Shown here: one piece after another, positions 1 to 13,439 of the stretch
Numbering within the stretch: the stretch's first letter is position 1
Layout: each line of letters opens with the position of its first letter
Source of the DNA: Corythoichthys intestinalis
Lineage: Eukaryota
Assembly (NCBI RefSeq): GCF_030265065.1
Contig: NC_080408.1
Coordinates: 22,791,480-22,855,479, forward strand
Length of the DNA: 64,000 nt
Direction: 5' to 3'
Made by a program: the position numbers and the translations under genes
The notes under the pieces: generated by a model
The model's input: only the letters and a program-made list of their open reading frames with translations
The model's database searches: none
What the model was told of the DNA's origin: nothing

Positions 1-2352
1 GTCCCGAAGACCGCGCGGCTTGCTGAGTGTGTTTTACTTCCGCTTTACTTGACATATTTCAATAATCGGAATTTGGATGTTTGTAAATCGTTCTCGAATC
101 TTCCACGGCCGAATCGCGAATAATCTAAGAATCGGAAATTTCGCACACCTCTAGTAAACTGCCAACAAAAAACAAGATGATGATAGAAAACATGGCTGTA
201 CTGTGCTCCACGCCGTCATCTCCTGGCCGTGTTGAGGAAACCAGCGATGTCCCTTTCACACATACCTGAACACTGTTAAAATCGCAGGATTTATCAATCA
301 AATCATGAGCTGATCATTCGATTCGGTGATCAGCAAGCTCTGAAGGAGCCTGGTTATTTGATTCACGTGTGTTGGAAGAGGGAGACATTGAAAACAAGTT
401 GGATAGCGGCTCTCGAGGCCCAGAACTGGGCACCCCTGCTCTTAACATTAATAGAAATAAAAACATTTTACGAAAATAAAAATGCCACACACAGTTTCTC
501 CTCACACATTTATTGTAAAAAATACATATAAAAACAATTTCTGAGACATACAAAAGATCGGAGCTTTAGAAACAGTATATCCAACAGACAAAGACCAGCA
601 ATTTTTTTAACTGCATTACATATTTACAATTCAATAAATAAAAAGACGCCGTTTTGTTTTTTTCAGACTGCCCATTTATGCTGGGATGAAAGCTGTGGCG
701 TCTGACAGGGGACTAGACCTGGGGGTCTATTCATACAAAATCACATCCTTGATGTAGTTCACGCACACACGGAGAGCTTTTATATAGTTAGCATTGGTAA
801 AAATTTGAGGTATTGCACCACACGGCTCGAGAGGGAATTAAATAAGTGGGCACGGAAGATTGTCCGCCCACTTTGATGAGAACACGCACGCACGCACGCA
901 CCTCAAGAGTACACGTCATAAATTATCACCACAACAAATGTAACATCGAATGAGCCTCTACACACGCGCACACACAAGAATTTGGCATCAGTTTTTTTTC
1001 AACATGCACATGGCTGCCGTCTAATGGCAGGATGAGTTGTGTAGCACCTCAGCAAGGACTAGCGTACAGAGAGCCGTTTATTCCGTATACTTGACACCCA
1101 CTTTACCTCACTGACGGTGAAAGACGTCCAATCCGTTTGAAATGGGATGGCTGAATTGACTGGACGTGAATGTAAGCCAATGAGTTCGGTTCAGTGTAGT
1201 AGTAATACACGCAACTTGTCGTGTCACTTTTGGACTACTAATGTGTTTATGTAATAACGTTATTAGTCTTAATATCTTGGTACTTTCAAGGTCAAGAAAA
1301 GATGTATTTGTATGTAGACCTCAAACTGGATATCAAGGACACGGAATGAATACTTAAAGAGCTTTCAATACCAGAGGAAAAGATTGGGAAAAACTTCCAG
1401 AAGCTGAGGTTGTTAATTCTTCACTTTGCAAAAGCCTTCCCCCTGTAAACCCTGTCCAGGCAAAGGCAGCACACACACGAAGGCTTTAAAAGAAAACCAT
1501 ACATTGAGCTATAATCACGGTCATTTTGATGATATACTTTGAAATACCTTTGATTAGAAAAAGGTGGCGCTGTCCCTTTAAGGCCGACGCGACCTTGGCC
1601 GAAACGGCGATTGAAAAGCAGACTCCGGAAAACGGGTCGTGGAGGGAAGGTGTTGTCGGGGTTCAAAAAGCAGTACCATTGCTTTGTGTAACATGTTGTA
1701 ACAAACGTAACAAAGAATTCTGGGTAATTCACAAAAAACAGTCACTCGGCATCATTTCCGGTCCAATCTTGTGGGAACACTCTTTAGCAACTGAATCAAG
1801 AAAGCACGAAAGAAAAAAAAAGCCTCAAGGGACAAAAAGTGCTCAAATGGGTGCAAACGCCAGCGCAGAATGGAGCACTAACCAACCAACGCCCCCTTGA
1901 AATGTTAAAACACTAAACACCCGGTAACGACGAAACCCGTACCCACCTCCGTCAAACGATCGGCCCCCTAGCTGGAGGCAACACTTTTACTCAAAATACA
2001 AAGGAGGTGACCCTCATCACAGCGGGCGGGGGAGATTACATCATCAGAAACCGACCCGACAAGCAAGGGGTTGAAACCAAAAGCAGCCATCGTTGTTTGT
2101 TTGAAAGTTTACAGTTTCCTGGTGAAATGCTCCGAACCAATAGAAGGAGGTCCACGCTGCCCGGAGCTTCTTTATGGGTTGGCTGACATTGTTCTTTTCA
2201 TAAGGAGAGAGTGTTGGCATGTGGTCTCCTGTGAGGACCAAAGAAGGAGAAGTGAACAATGGGAAGAAGGCATACAGTGGAACCTCCCTAACAGGTAGGC
2301 ATGTGCTGATGACCAGTTTGAACGCATAGCGAGGTTTTAAAAAGTCAAGGTA

Positions 2353-3951
2353 CAGTGGGGCAAATAAGTATTCAGTCAACCACTAATTGTGTTGTGTTGT
2401 GTTCTCCCACTTGAAAATATTAGAGAGGCCTGTAATTGTCAACATGGGTAAACCTCAACCATGAGAGACAGAATGTGCAAAAAAAAACTGAAAATCACAT
2501 TGTTTGATTTTTAAAGAATTTATTTGCAAATCACGGTGGAAAATAAGTTTTTGGTCAATACCAAAAGTTTATCTCAATACTTTGCTATGTACCCTTTGTT
2601 GGCAATAACGGAGGCCAAACGTTTTCTGTAACTCTTCACAAGCTTTTCACACATTGTTGCTGGTATTTTGACCCACTCCTCCATGCAGATCTCCTCTCGA
2701 GCAGTGATGTTTTGGGGCTGTTGTTGGGCAACACAGACTTTCAACTCCCTTCACAGATTTTCTATGGGGTTGAGATCTGGAGACTGGTTAGGCCACTCCA
2801 GGACCTTGAAATGCTTCTTACGAAGCCACTCCTTTGTTGCCCTGACTGTGTGTTTGGGATCATTGTCATGCTGAAAGACCCAGCCACGTCTCATCTTCAA
2901 TGCCCTTGCTGATGGAAGGAGATTTTCACTCAAAATCTCTCGATTGCCCCATTCATTCTTTCCTTTACACAGATCAGTCGTTCTCATCCCTTTGCAGAAA
3001 AACAGCCCCAAAGCATGATGTTTCCACCCCCCAAGCTTCACAGTGGGTATGGTGGTCTTCGGATGCAATTCAGTATTCTTTTTCCTCCAAACACGAGAAC
3101 ATGTGTTTCTCGCAAAAAGTTCTATTTTGGTTTCATCTGACCATAACACATTCTCCCAGTCCTCTACTGGGTCATCCAAATGCTCTCTAGCGAACCGCAG
3201 ATGGGCCTGGGCGTGTTTTTTCTTCAGCAGGGGGACATGTCGGGCAGTGCAGGATTTGAGTCCCTGGCGGTGCATTGTGTTACTGATAGTAGCCTTTGTT
3301 ACTATGGTCCCACTTGTCTGTAGGTCATTCACTAGGTCCCCCCGTGTGGTTCTGGGATTTTTGCTCACCGTTCTTGTTATCATTTTGACGCCACGGAGTG
3401 AGATCCTGCATGGACCCCTAGATCGAGGGAGATTATCAGTGGTCTTGAGTCTTCCATTTTCTAATAATTGCTCCCACAGTTGATTTCTTTACACCATTTT
3501 TACCGCGTTTTATCTATTGCAGATGCAGTCTTCCCAGCCTGGTGCAGGTCTACAATTTTGTCTCTGGTGTCCTTCGACAGCTCTTTGGTCTTGGCCATAG
3601 TGGAGTTTGGAGTGTGACCGACTGAGTTGTGGACAGGTGTCTTTTATACCAATAACGAGTTAAAACAGGTGCCATTAATACAGGTAATGAGTGGAGCCTC
3701 GTTAGAATGCGTTAGAAGAAGTCTTTGACAGCCAGAAATCTTGCTTGTTTGTAGGTGATCAAATACTTATTTTCCACTCCAATTTGGAAATAAATTCTTT
3801 AAAAATCAAACTGTCATTTTCTGTTTTTTTTCCACATTCCGTCTCTCATGGTTGAGGTTTACCCATGTTGACAATTACAGGCCTCTCTAATCTTTTCAAG
3901 TAGGAGAACCTGCACAATTGGTGGTTGACTAAATACTTATTTGCCCCACTG
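2353..3951 (-). mobile_element. Tc1-like DNA transposon, about 1.6 kb, TA-flanked, long IR/DR-type terminal inverted repeats (cagtggggcaaataagta...); DDE transposase on the minus strand disrupted by frameshifts
   Basis: TA at 2351-52 and 3952-53. Inverted termini at 2353-2460 and 3840-3951. ORF 2751..3383(-) has Tc1 transposase motifs ([29 protein letters not shown]). Confidence 0.9.
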
Positions 3952-4924
3952 TATACTGTATTCTGGGCCTGCAAATGTTATGAAAATATTTCATTAAGGT
4001 TGAAAAGTTACCTAGTTTTGCTTTAAGTGCCCCTGCAAAATAACTATCCATAAAGTCCAAAATATTTTATTTTGTTTAATGATGGAGGATACACTGCCCA
4101 CTGGTGGCAGCGTTGAGTCTGGCTGGACTGTCGCCTTGTATGACTGAGAAGCAGAGTCAGACGTCTGACATGGGTAAAGGATAGCCGCGCTCTGGTGTGG
4201 CCTACACAAGGCTGTAGGTTGTTTCAGCTAATATAAGTTTGTGTCTGCATTTGTAATTACGTTTACAGCTACAGTTTGTGGAGTTACCTGTGAGCGATAT
4301 ACTATGACAATTGTAAATACTACGGATGTAACAATACTCGGTTTTATTTTGAACTGTTCGATATGCCCTCTTCAATACGCAAAAATATTCGATGCAATTA
4401 TATGATTATAATTATGTTAACTGCAATCTAGCCTGTGCCTCTTGACACATCCGTACTAATCCGAGAAGAGATGTGTGTATGTCGCTTTCTATTGGTTGGT
4501 CGTCCTTACTAGGGTTGTTTGCAGCCAAGCGTCAGTCAATGTAAACACTAATGTTAGCTGCTATTGGCTGTGTGCAGCGGGTGGCGACGTCTTTGGACAG
4601 CTTTTTACTAATAAAAGGCCACCTGCTGAGCCAGAAGAGGAGCCTAAAACCAAGTCCATTCTGCATTACATGTGGCTAACAGCTAGCAAACAAACTGAGA
4701 GCATCATACCTCGTGGCGAACCGAATTGCTAAAGCCAAGAACTAGGAGTGGGAACCTCAAGATACAATTCGATTTGCGATACAAAGCTCACGATAACGAT
4801 GATCTAACGATATGGCGATACAACGATTATCGATACATTGGTCAGGAAATCATTCTAGGATATTCTACAAACAACTAATAAACAGAAAAACAAGCTTCTG
4901 CTGTGAATTGGAATGATTTTATCA

Positions 4925-5005
4925 CTTGTAGACATTCAATCCCTTTGAAGTGGGAGTCCCACTTCAAACGGATTGAACGTCTATGGCCCGTAGTGGCAGC
5001 CAATG
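4925..5005. repeat. Member of a dispersed short repeat family marked by ...cccttcaaa[tc]ggattg[ga]acgtc[tc]a...; other copies at about 25660-25830, 36640-36840, 46700-46760 and 60810-60950
   Basis: The same roughly 50-80-bp core recurs in both orientations and always in non-coding DNA. It is SINE- or MITE-like and unclassified. Confidence 0.5.
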
Positions 5006-7166
5006 CCAGGCAATAAGGTAATTTTGGGCAATTTAAGGTCATTTTCCTGTTGATTTTCAGTTACGTCCTGTTGATTTTGGGGTATTTTATGGGTCTCTTC
5101 CTGTTCAGTTTGAGTTACAGAACAGGAAATGACCTGGGAATCGCCCAAAAGAATAGGCAATGACTCAAACTCAAAAGAAAATGACCTTTAAATGCCCTGA
5201 AAATCTGACAGAATGACTGTGAATGCTCTGGTTTCGGATAAACGAACATTCACAATCTAAATAGATTGGGCGTCGAGCACAGTCAATGCAGCCCTAGAGT
5301 TAACTGAGACACTATCAATGTGGAAGATTTTGGTAGCAACTTGTTGGTTCATTTTTATTCTTTTTTTTAGACATTGACACCTTTTTAAAACGATATCTCG
5401 ATTATTGGCAGGAGCATATCGATAACGTTTTGGGATACAAAGTATCACGATATATCACCATTTCGATATTTTGTCACACCTCCACAAGAAACCTTTTACG
5501 AATGGAGAACTCATTATGCTTGCGACCAAGGATACTTGCAGTCAAGTTTGAGGAGGGGCCGCTGATAAAAAAGTTTGATTTAGCGTATGGTGAGTAGGCA
5601 TGTGCCGGTATGAGATTTTCACGGTACGATAACCGTGAGCAAAAATACTGCGGTTTCACGGTATTAGGGTATTGCAATTATAGCTCCAAAATTTGAGATG
5701 TATGGGTTTAAAAAAATAAAATAAAAAAATTTCCATTGAACAGGATTTTTTTTCAAAACATATTTGCAAATTGGAACATGAATATAATGTGAAAATAAAT
5801 AAACAAAAAATAACAAATATTTTATATAAAATTAAAATAAATAGAATCTAGACTATACCCACAGCCACAGCTCAAGTTGCTCAATATTAAGAGTAAGAAC
5901 AAAATAATTGCTATAAAGAGTAAAAAGACTTCTAAATAAAATTTAAAATATATACTGTATGACTTTTTTTGAGGGGGGAAGCTCAAGTGAAGTTTCGCCA
6001 TTTTTAGCCACTTTGTCAACTCTAGTCTACATGATGCCATGCCTTTGTGTTAAAAAGAACAAAGAATTCATAAGTTAATAAGTTAGTTAAAAATGTATAA
6101 GTTGGTTTTATAAATTAGTTAAAATGTAAATATTGTTGAGGAAAGGTTTCATCTTAAAAAAAGTGAGGAGTGAGACTTCCTTTCTCAATTAGCGATCTTT
6201 GACGCGATTCTTTTTCTTTCCCCCCTTCATTCAAGCTTGTCTCTCACTCAGCGGCTGTGAGACATAAAACCTCGACGAAGCTGGTCTCCCAGCTTAGCCT
6301 AGGCTAACATTCGTCTTTAAGTTTTAGTTAGTTTGTATATTGAATTTGAAAGGAAAATGTGCGTTTTGTTTTTGGCGAACTTTTTAATGGTGCTACTGAT
6401 ATCCTGTTGAACCTAATCACACGTGGAAAAATACAATTGTACAACGTTTTAAATGTATTCATTTGTATATTTCACCACGATTTGAGAGCTCAATAAGTTG
6501 AAGAAAAGTACGCCTTGTGTTTGGAGGATTTGTTTTTGGGTTTGCTGGCTGTTTAGCAGAATAGCATCACTGACACTCACGGCAACAAACGGGAAGGGGT
6601 GAGTGCTGCCGCACCAAGCCACTTCGGCTGCATTTTGGCACATGAAAAATAGCGAATACCGTACTAAGGTATGACGGATAATTTTAGTGGTTTTGAAACC
6701 GCGACGTTTTCACACCACGGTAAACCGTGAAACCGGTAACCGGCACATGTCTAATGGTAAGTTGTATTTTCCCTGCACTTAATGTTAATTTTTAGTTCCA
6801 TCGTGTCATTTCAAATTTACTGTGAATTTCTGACACACAATGGCAGTCCATGAAAAAAGGCCCATGTCACACCGGTCTGTGTTGGGGGAAAAAAAAGTTG
6901 GAGACCACTGCAATAAAAGACATTTTAAGGCATATGGGGGTTTAAATTGGTCGGACTGACACGATAGAGACGAAAGTTACAATTCCATTTTGTACAATGT
7001 TAAATATTAAAATAGTGGAATTTGCTGAAATGACTAAATCCAACCAAATCTTGAGTCTCATTCGTACATTAACTACTGGAATGCATTTAAATGAGGGTAA
7101 ACTATCTGACAATAAAAATGTTGGGCCTACCTGAGTCATGGCGGGGGAAGTCATGTGACTTGGGAT

Positions 7167-7224
7167 TCAATCTGAGGGATGCTCGGGGCAGCAGGGCTTC
7201 ACCTTGGCCCACGCGTCAATGCAG
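7167..7224 (-). CDS. ZNRF-family terminal coding exon (S CIDAWAKVKPCCPEHPSD stop)
   Basis: Acceptor gtgtggctgcag on the minus strand, phase-matched to the RING exon. Compare recalled human ZNRF2 C-terminus CIDEWFEVNRSCPEHPSD. Stop TGA at 7169-7167; the 3'UTR extends to lower coordinates. Confidence 0.75.
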
Positions 7225-8535
7225 CTGCAGCCACACACAAGTTGGTTAAGGTTGGTTCTCGGAAGGCAGTTACCACATATCCTTCCCTGCTGCAATTACG
7301 CAATACGATGCACCGTCGAACCACATTTGAACTTGACCAAACTACTTTTCCATTGAAACTAAATGATGGTCCATTATTACCAAATATTTGCCTTTCTATT
7401 GCAGCTGTCTTAGTACAACATATTCATCGATGTACTAGTACATACTTCATTATACTAACTAATTCACAGAAAAAGCGAGGGGAAGTGAGATTTTTTGAAA
7501 GTGTGAGAACATGGTTGAGTGACAGATTAAATCAATGAGATTATGACACAAGTAGGTGAGTAACAGATTGGGAATTGTGTAGACTAAAAACGTGACAGAT
7601 TTGTAGTGCGTGATTGTGAGACTTTGAGGAAGAGATTGGGAGTGTACCCTTGCCGTGTTAAGAGAGTGACTCAAATTGAAAGGCAGTAGGACTGACTGAG
7701 CGATTGAGAAAGATACAAAGAGCCATGGACCGGTTCCAATTGCAGGCTGTCTTCTGGGTGTATCCGCATTTCATCTGTATTTGAGTGCGAGAAGCCAAAT
7801 GGGGCCACACCTCTTGACATATGCTTTTTCAAAGAAGGAACTTGTGTGCGACTTGGGTGGAAACATCACATCTGCACACACTGATGTCAGGCTCATGTGA
7901 CGTAACCATGTCTGATGTGCATATGTGCATTGCCTAACCACATAAACATTTCCTCCACTTCAATTACAGGGGAGGGGGTTGAAGGCTCAATGTCCAGAGA
8001 AAAACTCACAATGACAAATCTGCATAAAAATGTTCCCGAGTCAAATCCCATTATTTTGTGACCACATCAATTCTGAATTTTTTGGGGACTGATGTTACAG
8101 TGTTTTTGCAGTGAACCTTCTTTTTAAGTTCTGGCTGTAAATGTAAAATTGAAATAAATGTCAAAATTTTTCAAGTATTTTTCCATTCAATAAAATTTCT
8201 TCCAGACTAAGGGCTTAAACACACGGGAGGCGACGTCGCTCGCGTTAAATACTTTTTTAATGGAACAAACTCGATGAGGTGAAAATCGCCAACACTCTTG
8301 CGGCGAAGCGACACGCAACATTCGTGCACGTGAAATTTCGCGCTCGTACACGTGCACATGCGGACCAGCGACTATGAATAGGGTTCGTTTGAAATTGAAC
8401 GATTCCGGTTCCATGTTTCGATTCCGGTTCCGAACGATTCTCGATTCCGATTCTTATAAGAGGCCGGGTCAAAAAGGCAGGGTCAAAAAAATTTATAGTT
8501 TAAAAATATATTAGTTTATATTAATGTCTTAACTA

Positions 8536-10098
8536 GGGCTGTCCCAAAATTTCCTCCCGATTAGTCAGCCGACTATTTTTTAGATTAGTCGACTAATCTA
8601 ATAATTTTTTTTTTTAAACTACTTTAATAATGACATTTTTGTTGAAGCTTATTAATTCACAAAAAAACATTTTGGAACACCTAAATTCTTTATTACCGTA
8701 TAAATAAATAACATATCAATAATAAATCACAAACAATGAGGTCAAATGCTGCTGGCATTAACTCGTGCAAAAAAAATGTAAACGGAAACACTGTGACTTC
8801 ACCTTTTTAACAGGAGTCAAAACAATTCTTACTCTTTTTGTGGTATGTCATTGTCTACTCTATATTGTTCTAAATGTTAAAATGAATTGCAATGTCCCGG
8901 ACAACCATTTTTAGAATACTTTGTGTGAGTTCAGATGCTTTTTCTGGTGTGCAATCCACATTTTTGGGGGAGGGGAAAAACTGTTCAATTTTTGTTTGTT
9001 CTAACCTGAAAATAGATAGAGGGCACACTGAAATATTAAAATTTTTTTGAATGAAAGGCCCACATACTCACAGTAACATAAATTAAAAAATATTGTATTT
9101 TATAGTATACTACTATATGTATATACACAATAATACTTTATAATATAAAGTAACTAACATTAGGGCAGTCATGGATTACAGTAAGCAGGCCAGTGCTGTT
9201 TCCATATATATTTTATTAGATTATGTATATACAGGATATATGTAATTTCCCCAAGTGGGAGCTTCCATGATCGTAATAAATTTAAGAATAATAAAAAAAA
9301 AAAAATATATATAATTATATTATATATATATTAATTATTTTATTGAATAAAAATGCACGTTGATACGACGCACATAAAGGCAACCTCCATTTAAAAAATC
9401 GTTAGAATGTTGTATGGACTTACAATCCGCTAGCTCGTTGTTTCTTGTTGTCTTCGAAAATTACACTTGGGTGACGGCACTTCAAGTGTTCGTTCATAGC
9501 CGACGTGCTACCGTGGTATGAGAGCTCAGCCTAGCAAAGAGTACACACAGTGGCACCCTCCATATTTGCCTTGAAATAATTCCAGGCTCTGGCTATTCTG
9601 GTCCCCTTTTTTTTTTGCCTTCATGCCGCTTTCACCTGTTACCAATTCTGCCCTTTTTGGTAAGTGGTGGTGTTTTCAAATCCTCGCCCTAGTGAGGAGT
9701 GAACCGGCGATTCACTTGGCTCATTGTCTTCGGTTCGTCCGATTTCCTCCTCAGGAAGGCTCTTTATGGATACTTTTATTGACCAAAACCAAAACGTGTG
9801 GGATGCAACCAGTCAACTACGCGCTACCCGCGCACTTTCCCAACTCACTGATCTTGCTCCCGCTCTCTCGCTCACCCACTTTCTTCGTGTTTGCTCAATC
9901 TGACAATGCCGGTCAGGTTGAAATAACAGCGACCCCCTTGAGGTGCCAGTAACAACCGCTTGCATCGCGAGCGCCCACCATTCTAAACTTTAACCACATC
10001 TAATTTTTTTTTTAACCCGTCATTACCCGTCGACGGTATGTTTTGCCCGTCGACACATTTACGTCATCGACGACGTCGACTAGTCGGGACAGCTCGAG
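8536..10098 (-). mobile_element. hAT-like element remnant encoding a BED zinc finger (YHGSTSAMNEHLKCRH at about 9440-9560, minus strand), with termini tagggctgtccc... / ...gggacagc and gtcgac-rich subterminal repeats
   Basis: BED-finger signature read on the minus strand. The termini are imperfect inverted repeats. Confidence 0.45.
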
Positions 10099-10249
10099 TC
10101 TTAACTTCTCGATTTTTTTTATTATATGAATTTAAAATGCAGAATTATAATTATTTTATTATTATTTATTATTAATACAATTAATATGAAATGTATGAAT
10201 TATATGAACTTCTCACAGGGCTATTTTTAACTTGTATATGGCGGAAAAC

Positions 10250-11420
10250 ACTCAGGTGACTTGAAGTTCCGCTCTGAGACCCCCAATTTGGCCAAATTTC
10301 AAAACTGTTCGATATGCATGTGTGATACATCATTGGAAAGCTTAAAATCTCAATTTTCTGGGGGAAGAAAATTTTGAACAGCTGAGGTGTTATGGAGGCC
10401 CAGGAGGCTTCGATAGCGGCCTTAAGCTCATCCAGTGTTGGGTCTGGTGTCTCTCAACTTCCTCTTCACAATATCCTACAGATTCTTTATGGGGTTCAGG
10501 TCAGGAGAGTTGGCAGGCCAATTGAGCACAGTAATGCCATGGTCAGTAAACTATTTACCAGTGGTTTTGGCACTGTAAGCAGGTGCCAGGTCGTGCTGAA
10601 AAATGAAACCTTCAGCTCCATAAAGCTTTTCAGCAGATGGAAGCATGAAGTGCTCCAAAATCTCCTGATAGCTACCTGTATTGACCCTGCTCTTGATAAA
10701 ACACAGTAGACCAACACCAGCAGCTGACATGGCACCCCAGACCATCACTGACTGTGGGTACTTGACACTGGACTTCAGGCATTATGGCATTTCCTTCTCC
10801 CCAGTCTTCCTCCAAACTCTGGCACCTTGATTCTCGAATGACATGCAAAATTTGCTTTCATCTGAAAAAAGTACTTTGGATCACTGAGCAACAGTTCAGT
10901 TCTGCTTCTCTGTAGCCCAGGTCAGGCGCTTCTGCCGCTGTTTCACACACGCCTGTGCACGGTGGCTCTGGATGTTTCTACTCCAGACTCAATTCACTGT
11001 TCCTGCAGGTCCCCCAAGGTCTGGAATCGGCCGTTTTGTCCATGATTGCGGTTTTGAGTAATGAACCAGGCTGGGAGTTTTTAAAAGCCTCAGGAATCTT
11101 TCGCAGGGGTTTTGAGTTAATTCGATTGAGATGATTAGGTTAGTAGCTTCTTTAAAGTACCTTTTCATGATATGCTAATTTTTGAGATGGGGATTTTTGT
11201 TTTTTCTTGACTTTTTTGCCAAAATCATCAATATTAAAACAATAAAAGGCTTAAACTACTTCAGTTGTGTGTAATGAATCTAAAATATATGAAAGTCTAA
11301 TGTTTATCAGTACATTACAGAAAATAATGAACTTTATCACAATATGCTAATTTTTTGAGAAGGACTAGTATACACCTCTTGGCATGATTTCCGAGACATA
11401 AATAAAAACACAGCAGTATG
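10250..11420 (-). mobile_element. Tc1/mariner-superfamily transposase remnant (different family)
   Basis: ORF 10551..10748(-) reads MVWGAMSAAGVGLLCFI...FIFQHDLAPAYSAKTT (DDE core). Boundaries are uncertain. Confidence 0.5.
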
Positions 11421-11878
11421 GGAAGTTGTTGGTGCTCAGAAAACCGGAAATTTTAAAATGCCCTCCAAATATCAGAGCCAATCAGAGACGAGCGACGACA
11501 CACAGCCAGGGGGCGATGTGTGTCTCTTGCCGCTACAGTCGCATCGTGCCCCATGTGTTGGCTTTCAGCTAAATGGCGATGACTTTCGCATCTCGCCATC
11601 GCCTCCCGTGTTTTGCCTCTTAGAACGATTTCAACAAAAAATGCTGAACTGAATTCAAATTTGAGTGTCAATCAGAAAATTTCTGCCTTATATTTGTAAA
11701 AGAGCTCATTAGATTGTACTTAAAGAAGTATTCAGTGGGTGTTTGATTTTGCAACGGTGCGACCTTTCCCAATTTTACTAAAGCATGTATCCAATAACCT
11801 TGACTCTTATCCAAGGCGCCTGTGTGTGTGAGCTTGCGTGACACTGATTATAATTGCGAGTCAAGTGCAGGTTGTTAC

Positions 11879-11984
11879 CTCTTGTGGTAGACGCAGAGGC
11901 ACGCAAGCCTGGCAATGGTCTCGCCCCGCACAAGATCCTCTAGACAGATGGAGCACTCGCCGCTGTCTTTGCTAAGCACATCCG
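11879..11984 (-). CDS. ZNRF-family RING exon (T DVLSKDSGECSICLEDLVRGETIARLACLCVYHK), separated from the UBZ exon by a 76-nt intron
   Basis: Acceptor tgtttttgcgtctctccag, donor aag ag|gtaaca. Near-identical to recalled human ZNRF1/2 DVLTKDAGECVICLEELLQGDTIARLPCLCIYHK. Confidence 0.85.
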
Positions 11985-12060
11985 CTGGAGAGACGCAAAA
12001 ACACGTTGTCATCATAGATTCTGATCGGCACATAGCTTTGAGGAGCACGGGGAAACGTAC

Positions 12061-12156
12061 TGTTGTAGGGAAGCGGCGGAGACGTGAGGCAGCTCAATAG
12101 GTGATCCTCAATGCGGCCGCCCGGGAACGGCTTGGAGCAGAAAGGACAGCGGATAT
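12061..12156 (-). CDS. ZNRF-family exon with a UBZ-like C2HC finger (N IRCPFCSKPFPGGRIEDHLLSCLTSPPLPYN)
   Basis: Acceptor catgtctgtgcag and donor aac a|gtacgt on the minus strand. Compare recalled human ZNRF1 FKCPICSKSVASDEMEMHFIMCLSKPRLSYN. Confidence 0.8.
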
Positions 12157-12947
12157 CTGCACAGACATGATAGATGGTGCTTTGTACCTTTGTGCAGTTG
12201 GCGCCCGATGAGTGCAAATTTACATAAAAATGATGTCAGTCGTTTGTACCGGTCTGTGGTTTGAAAAGTTTTGTTTGTGCTGCTATCGTTTTGAGATATT
12301 TACAATTATTTTATAGGGCAATAAGAGGTCAAACAGCCCCCCATTTTGGTCTAAACAGGCTAAAAATTGTGCCGTTCGTTTGTTCTGCTACGGTGTTGCA
12401 GCCATTACTAATAATGTTTTGTTTCGTTTTTTTTCCTGCCAGTTGACCTGGAAATGGTGCCGTTCATATCTTCTGCTACGGTTTTAATAAATTATGCACA
12501 TTGTTTTGTTTACTTTTGGCGTTACCACCACAAACAAGGTTTTGGTAAATCAAGCCTGGGCAATATGACAAAAAGTTTTTTATCAGTCGATACTCGATAT
12601 CAATAATGATCACAATATCTTTTTCCTTCAAATCTGAAGTCTGACTTTTGGCACTGAGTGTAAGTTGACAAAACCACATCCTGCTTTAACAGGTCTTTAA
12701 TGTCAGAACAAAGATGCATGCATGGTGGCGAACTACTACACAGCATTTCCCAACTATGAGGAATTTTGCACAAAATTAAAACTTAACAAAATGCAGAACA
12801 TTGCACATGAGGTAATGAAAATCCACAATATTGCATAAAATCTGAGGTAGACATGCAATCCCAAAAATTTAATAACCCTAAATAGACAAAATAATTTTAA
12901 TTTACACACAGCAATATGTTAAAGCCTTTTGGTGCATGATGTTTTAA

Positions 12948-13196
12948 GGTGGCGGAAATTCAGAATTTTTGACGTGAGGCTTAATCTTCGAGTTAGCGAG
13001 GGTTAAATTAGTATGCTAGGACGGGCCCATTGACTCATGGTAGCTTAGCCACTCCGGAGCCCTGTAACTAATAAATGACTAAATAACTGCACGGAATTTA
13101 AAAAAAAAAAAAAAAAAAAAAATCAACCTCACCTACTAATTAAACCCCCGCTAACTTGAAGATTAAGCCTAACGCCAAAAATTCTGAACTTCCCAT
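12948..13196. mobile_element. TTAA-flanked MITE (piggyBac-like target site), about 60-bp inverted termini, internal poly(A)
   Basis: TTAA at 12944-47 and 13197-13200. The termini gaaattcagaatttttgacgtgaggcttaatcttcgagttagcgagggtt and its inverted counterpart match. A second degraded copy lies at about 35478-35652 in a tep1 intron. Confidence 0.65.
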
Positions 13197-13439
13197 TTAA
13201 GGTGTCTGACAATGTCAACAAAATAGACGAAAGAAAATGATTAGCTTCCAAAACGTGGCAAATAAACAAGACAGCCATTGCTTTAAAGGATACAGGCCAG
13301 AAAAATAAGTCTGTCCACAGTATCAGGCTTCAATGCTTCTCTGTGACAGGTCATTTTCACTCCTGTACTGAAACCCCTCTCAGCTAGCGTTCAGGTCGCA
13401 CCAGCCTTTTTCCGTGTTCGGGTGCTCTATCGACTATCA

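Noticed and set aside
1526-1900. 124-aa plus-strand ORF and overlapping 103-aa minus-strand ORF
   Set aside because: No start or splice context and no recognisable motif. The track appears to allow GTG/TTG starts. Treated as chance ORFs in non-coding DNA.
2668-3483. Plus-strand ORFs inside the Tc1 copies (e.g. 2668..2874, 3043..3483, 40880..41086, 43486..43977)
   Set aside because: These are antisense readings of the Tc1 transposase. They are conserved between copies only because the element is repeated.
12215-12217. Start codon of the 81-aa ORF 11972..12217 (minus strand)
   Set aside because: The track start is a TTG and the ORF runs through a 76-nt intron. The real coding units are the two exons 12156..12061 and 11984..11879.
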